The position numbers were made by a program, and so were the translations under genes. A stretch of 64,000 nucleotides of DNA from NCBI GenBank assembly GCA_964016885.1, contig OZ024752.1:31620001-31684000 (forward strand). The letters run 5' to 3'. The DNA comes from Eledone cirrhosa (lineage: Eukaryota). The first letter of the stretch is position 1. Every line of letters starts with the position of its first letter. Below are positions 56,700-64,000 of the stretch, piece by piece. A model generated the notes under the pieces. It searched no databases and was not told the origin of the DNA. It saw only the letters and a program-made list of their open reading frames with translations.

Positions 56700-57280
56700 A
56701 AATTAAATTATTTAGAACTACAAAGGAAGTTATTATTTTCCTTTTTTTCAAATATACCTAACTGTACCAAGGATCTCACACATTTTCCAATATATATATA
56801 TATATATATGAATACACCCAATTATATTTAAAATTACGATTGATGAATATTTTTAGATATTTCAATAATTCAATGAATTGAGTTTTTTCTTTTTTCCTAA
56901 AGCTAAGCCCAAATGTTGTTCTAATTTAATATCTCCCTATATTATTACATTATAAAAGTTATTCCTCTTTATCTCTCTCTCTCTGTAATCAACTCTCTTT
57001 TGTTTTCTAGGCTCCTACTAGCTATATTATCCCATTATCTGTTTCTTCCTCTATGTCTTTCTTCAGTAATATAAATTATTTGAATCTTTAACAGTTATAT
57101 TGCTGCCATATATTTTTTTTAAGCTTTCTCACACGCACCCTCTCTATTATATGTATTATATGTAGGTTTTTTCATGTTTTCAATATTAAGGTATATAAAT
57201 ATTGAGTTTTGTCATATATTACTCACTACCATGGCTGAATCTTAACCATCTACTATATCAGGGTATGTCATGCATCATCT

Positions 57281-57347
57281 TATTTTATCTGATGAGGACA
57301 TACTGTTGAAGTTAACTCAGTACCTCTGAAATATGTATAATAAAATA
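57281..57347 (+). ncRNA. Minimal type-I hammerhead ribozyme (family of 55299)
   Basis: tattttat-CTGATGA-ggacatactg..cagtacctct-GAAA-tatgta-TA-ataaaata. Confidence 0.8.
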
Positions 57348-57404
57348 TACTTGATCACAAGAATATCTATTTTGTTAATATTTTGAATTAATATACATAT
57401 ATAT

Positions 57405-58014
57405 ATAAAACATGAGAAGAGAGAATACTGCGTGGTTGCACATGGGTTACATATGATAAAAATAGTCCTTCATCAGTGATTTTCCAACCTTCATTGGTAT
57501 TTCATCGCTTTAAAAATCATATACCTCCAGTTGGTGCGAGCAATAGCTAAATAAAGCTATTGGGACAAGTAAATCGCGTAAAGCGAACGAGACAAGTAAA
57601 CAAACATAGAAGGATAGCAACGCAAAGCTAGGAAAAAACAAGCACATGGGAGTCCGATCAGCTTAAGCTGTGTGGATTTCATGGGCGAGAGACTACAGAC
57701 CGTACGACGCGAGTGAGGTGTGAGCAAGAAAGGACCCCACTTCAGGCCAAACGGGAGGAAGTGAGAAGGGGAGAAGCAGAGAGTGAGTGAGTGAGTGGAA
57801 GTGCGAGGAAGAGGCCAGTCGAGAGAAAGTGTAACTGACAGAGGGGGCGAAAGAAGGTGATATAAACATAGAGAGCGAGGAAGCAGTAAGAGAGAAACAG
57901 ACAAACGCAGCTGGGGAAAATATATATAAAAACATGAGAAGAGAGAATACTGCGTGGTTGCACATGGGTTACATATGATAAAAATAGTCCTTCGTCAGTG
58001 ATTTTCCAACCTTC
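57405..58014 (-). repeat. Partial tandem repeat: ~520-bp unit with ~90-bp terminal direct repeat
   Basis: 57405-57492 repeated at about 57927-58014; homologous to 7283-7730. Confidence 0.85.
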
Positions 58015-58028
58015 ATATATATATATAT

Positions 58029-58073
<45 letters not shown>

Positions 58074-58081
58074 TGAGAGGA

Positions 58082-58113
<32 letters not shown>

Positions 58114-58284
58114 TATGCCCTCTACTAAATTCTATCCTTGCATCATTATTCTGCAGCACCAACGAATGTACTTCCGTGAGATTCCAGCTTATAGTTTTCT
58201 ATTCCACACAACATACTACAGAGTTAACTGGTAGGTGAAGACTAAAATGTATCTCCCTTTCGCTCTCCTTTACTCTGTCATTCC

Positions 58285-58420
<136 letters not shown>

Positions 58421-58464
58421 CATGTATATCTGTGTGTGAATATCCAGTTGACTTAAGAAACATG

Positions 58465-58512
<48 letters not shown>

Positions 58513-58599
58513 AACAATGAGTTCTTTAATTTGTTGATTATTCAACAAAGTTAATTTATAACGAATTAGAAGCACTCAACAAGTCTTTCTGGAGTATAA

Positions 58600-58775
58600 T
58601 ATCAATAATATTGATAAATGGAAAATATCTTTATAAAACCATATTTATATATTATACATGTTTCAAGGGTACCAGTATTTTGACGATAGCGTATCAAAAT
58701 ACTGGTACCCTTGAAATGTATATAATAAAATAAATATGCTTTCATAAAGATATTTTGCTTTTATTAATATTATTG

Positions 58776-58778
<3 letters not shown>
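58600..58778. repeat. Foldback of an HHR 3' half (pLTR family of 4808)
   Basis: tttcaagggtaccagtattttga..tcaaaatactggtacccttgaaa. Confidence 0.85.
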
Positions 58779-58819
<41 letters not shown>

Positions 58820-58989
58820 AGGAGTATTATATATATATATATATAGGGACCGGTTGTATCTCAGCGTACTCAATAGGCAATGTAAGATACATTACCAGAG
58901 TATACACATAGTTATTTCCTCCAATACAACACACGTAAAACGGGTGCCTATAATAGTTCCCGGACTCGAGTTTCGGCCGCACTAATGCA

Positions 58990-59068
58990 GCAGTAAGGTG
59001 CACTGCACCATTCGTCTGCATATATATATACATACATACATACATACATACATACATACATACATACA

Positions 59069-59101
<33 letters not shown>

Positions 59102-59172
59102 GGAGGTGGGGTTGTATTGCACAGGTGCCTATTTGCAAAGAGTCCCAAACATTTGCGATGAAATAAACCGAA
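58990..59172 (-). mobile_element. Possible LTR-retrotransposon integrase fragment split by (TATG)n
   Basis: [20 protein letters not shown]-[microsatellite]-QTNGAV resembles the rve motif T.PYHPQ.NG. Confidence 0.4.
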
Positions 59173-59912
59173 AAACGTTCTACTTCTTGCAAAGGAAATT
59201 CCTTGAGATATTTGTTCTTCAGCTCTTTCTTATAACTCCCAGATCACGAGAAGCAAGAAACACGAAACGATGAAACGGTGATATTGCAATCGAAAGATGT
59301 ATCATGTAACTGAACAACGAAATATTTCATAAATTGCTCTATGAAACAAATCCATTAATAAATAAACACATATGTTGAAAATATGATATAATTTTCAGTT
59401 AGCTAATTCACAATCGCTCAAGGGGAAAAATCGAAATGTTACATTTGCTATTTCCTTTAAGCTAAGATGGAGGAAAGAAAATACCTGAACAAAAACAAGA
59501 AAATATATATTTTTAAAAAAATTATATTTGTAATTTTTCAAAAAGTTACATCAGGAATATATTACAGTTCATAAACATAATAGTAATTTTAACTCATGAA
59601 TAAAGATTGCATATATTATATTTTTCAAGTTGAAATGTTATACCTGAAAAGATCTGTCAGGAAATGTATTTTAAATAAATGTTATACAATAAATATTGGA
59701 CAATTATAAACATATAGCAATCCATCTTGCTATGTATATTTTAACGTCATCTCTCTCTCTCTCTCTCAACTTGCTCTCACATTCTTTCACAAAGGCGCAT
59801 TCTTACATTAATGTACACATATATACAAACACTTACAAACACATACGTACATACATACCCTTGTGTGTGTTTATAAATATTAATGTGTATACATACATAA
59901 GTGGAAGTGTGG

Positions 59913-59950
<38 letters not shown>

Positions 59951-60096
59951 AATAGGTTTTCGCTTCAAGCATAGCTTTATACAATATGTATAAATATTTC
60001 GTATCTCCAAAGAAATACGGTTTTAGGAAGCCGTAGCTATGCAAACACCGGGGGGCTAACGCCCTCTGGTGATGTCCAGCCGAAGCAAGGGGGTCA

Positions 60097-60140
60097 ACCG
60101 TCTATGCATTTCAGGCTTAACTGGCCTTCGTCAGGACGGT
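60097..60140 (-). ncRNA. Canonical minimal type-I hammerhead ribozyme in a GC-rich island
   Basis: Reverse complement accgtc-CTGACGA-aggc cagttaa gcct-GAAA-tgca-TA-gacggt. Confidence 0.88.
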
Positions 60141-60585
60141 CCCTCCCACCGCTTGCGACTGCTGGACTAGAAGACAGGCGAGAATATATACTTTTCTCGT
60201 CTGTGTAAATGATGTGATTAATCTCATTTGCATATGAAGCTGCATAAGTTGGCTCAACTTATAATAAAAAAGAAATGCAGCTTCGTTGTTTTCCTAGTGT
60301 TGGTTTTTAAAAAATCTTATTTGATTGTCTTTATTGGAACGCTTGACACTCCGTGAGAATATAAACAGGAATATTTGAACCAAACTAGAAATTCTGTTTT
60401 CATTTATATCCTAAAACTTGATGGATCCTATGTTGCATTCAAAATATAACTGCACAAGAAACCTACTCGTTTGTTAATAATAACATTCTATAAATTACGG
60501 ATACTTGCATCGGAAAAAAAACTTTGAAACTCTCAAAAATATATATTGGTTTATTTTGAAGCAATGAATTTCACCTTTAGAATTG

Positions 60586-60623
<38 letters not shown>

Positions 60624-60624
60624 G

Positions 60625-60830
60625 AGGCGGTGGATTAGCAGTATCGGTAGAGGGACGGACGCCATGCTTTATACCAAAGAGTTATGGCCCTTTATGGTCT
60701 GAGTTCAAATCCCGCCGAGGTTAACTTTGCCTTTCATCCTTACGGGGTCGATAAAATAAAGTACCAGTAATGTACTGGGTAATTGCTGGCCTTGTGCCAA
60801 AAGTAGAAACAATTATTATTATTATTATTA
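60625..60830 (+). mobile_element. tRNA-derived SINE between (TTA)n tracts
   Basis: A/B boxes and family core. Confidence 0.9.
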
Positions 60831-61664
60831 ACTTTTTCAGAGTTCATTTGAAAAGGAGAATCAGGGTGGAGAGGGAAGTGCTCGCTTCTCAGCAATTTGT
60901 TGAAAGATGGGTGAGAGAGGCAAGAATGGCCCGAGTGAATGGGCCTGCTCTCAGTATGCTCCAGTAAATTGGAGGTGGATAATTGGGAGAGGGTACTTGC
61001 ACTTGTGGTCAGGGTCACCGTGGCTTTATTAATGGGCTTTCTCCACGAGTGTCCCTCGGAAGTCTCCTCCCTATTGGGGAATTTTCCTTATTTTGCTATC
61101 TATTGCTCAATGCTTCCTTTTTTTTTTTTTTTTTTTTTTTTTTTCAAACCTTTTCAACATTTTTCAAATCTTTCGTCGTTATTTTCTCGGGATGACATCT
61201 TTTTGCATGTGTAATTTTCTCGCGAGAAGATCTCTTTGCATATGTTAGCATGTCATGTGTATTTTTGCACCACAATGTTTACTCCACAATTTCAATAATT
61301 GTTTCTACTTTTGGTACAAGGCCAGCAATTACCCAGTGCATTACTGGTACTTTAGAATTTCAATAACAACACAATTTCAATAATAACACCCGGAAAGCAA
61401 CACTTTGAAAACAATTCAACCATTGTTATCCTACACATTAATGATTTAGAAATACAAAACAATTAAGGCTTAATTTATATTTCCTTTGAGTCCCCGAGGA
61501 ATATTTTCTGCGCAAGTAAAGGTAAAGAATTACAATTTAACTTGTTTTCATCTTCTAGTCAACAAATGTGTGAAATGTAGAAGTTAAACTGAGCGGAAAC
61601 AACTTTGTTGTTTGTTTTGTTATTATTATAATTATTTATACATTTGTATTTTGTATTTATATAT

Positions 61665-62540
<876 letters not shown>

Positions 62541-62885
62541 GCTGTCAGATTCCCACGGCTACTCAGGTTGAAAATATAACTACATAACATGAACATTTTA
62601 GTGTAGCTTCATTATTGAAGGTTTCAAAGGGAGGTTTATGTGTTAATTATTTAAACACATTAAAGAACGCTAGGTAGTCTCTGAAGAATGTTGGAAAATT
62701 ATTTGAAATTTTAAAATTAATTATACTCCGTTCACGACCTAAGGGAATGTGTATCAATTTGTTTCAAGATAATGTGTTAATGTGTGTGTGTGAGAGAGAG
62801 AGGGAGAGAGGGAGAGAGAGACCACGCTCGTGTGTATCTATTTATATATCTATCTACCTATATGCCTCTCTATCTACCTATATAT

Positions 62886-62963
<78 letters not shown>

Positions 62964-63384
62964 AGCACAAGGACAATTCCCGTCCACCGCCTGTTTTCTG
63001 TGGATTACTGATGTTCGAACGCATTAGAGACAGTACATCTTACAACAGTGCGTTAATAGCTAAAATGTATAAATGTCCGGTAAGAAACACAACGGCCTAT
63101 AACGAAGAGACCGACAAAAAAAAAAAAACAAATACAAAAAAGAAAGAAAGACATACCGATAGAGAAAGGGGAAAAAACGAAGGCAGCCGTACATGAAATT
63201 TTGGTAGTAACCGAAGGAAAGGGAAAGGGAAAGAGTTAATACTAGGACGGAACATAAGTTCTGAAACCGTATTAACAATAAGCGAAAGAGAGAGAAAAAA
63301 AAACGTCTGGTCGTACCGACAACAGGCGTGGAAAGAAAGAGCCGAAGGAAAACGGAAGTGGGTAGGAGTGGAAAAGTAGTAAGA

Positions 63385-63843
63385 CCTAAAGATCCGTTTC
63401 TTCGTTGCTGCAGTGGAGTCTGTGCTGCTGTACGGGTCTGAGACTTGGACACTGACCAAGAAACTCACTCAGATGGTGGGTGGGTGTTACACGAGAATGC
63501 TGAGGATGGCTCTGAACAGTAATCAGTATACACTGAGGATGAAGAACTCAGAGCTGTACGGGAGCCTCTCAAAAGTCAGCTCGAAAGTAGCACAGAGGAG
63601 ACTGAGGTTAGCTGGACATGCTCACCGACATTCAGAGTTGACACTGCACTCAGTGCTCCTGTGGGAGCCCCTGCACGGACACACTAGAAGAGGGAGACCG
63701 AGGTTGATATATGTTCATGCCCTAAGGACATACACCGGTCTCTTGGAGACGCGGGACATGGCAGCGATGATGAGGGACAGAGACCGCTGAAGAGAACTCG
63801 TCCATGGATCTCGGGAATTTTACCCGCCCTAGATAGATAGATA
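63385..63843 (+). mobile_element. RTE-group LINE 3' fragment with (TAGA)n tail
   Basis: [45 protein letters not shown]. Confidence 0.9.
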
Positions 63844-64000
63844 AATATATATGGAGAAAAAATTCAAATACCCATAAATTGTGCGTGTGAATGTGTGATT
63901 GTGTGGATTGTTCGCGTACGAGCGTTTGCGTGTATGTCTATTGTTTTATATAATGCAAATAATCTAAAGTTTAGAGATATTTTTCAGTATATTGGAATAT

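Overview
AT-rich eukaryotic DNA dominated by (TA)n, (TG)n, (GA)n and (TATG)n microsatellites. The SINE, RTE and Penelope content resembles octopus (cephalopod) genomes; this is inferred, not proven. I found no convincing host protein-coding gene, and nearly all long ORFs in the track are microsatellite artefacts. The window is a retroelement graveyard: at least 5 Penelope-like (PLE) GIY-YIG/RT fragments, one near-full-length disrupted RTE LINE with a PHD finger inside its RT, RTE 3' fragments, a tandem of non-autonomous bipartite RTE derivatives, three CRE-like endonuclease fragments and about 15 tRNA-derived SINEs. The main hidden signal is about 20 minimal type-I hammerhead ribozyme (HHR) motifs, found by eye on both strands, including recurrent core variants (UUGAUAA, CCGANGA). 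The best candidate system is a young 595-bp tandem-plus-inverted repeat (21767-23206) with three variant HHRs, directly upstream of an unexplained 145-codon ORF. All structures were folded by eye, and repeat boundaries are approximate.
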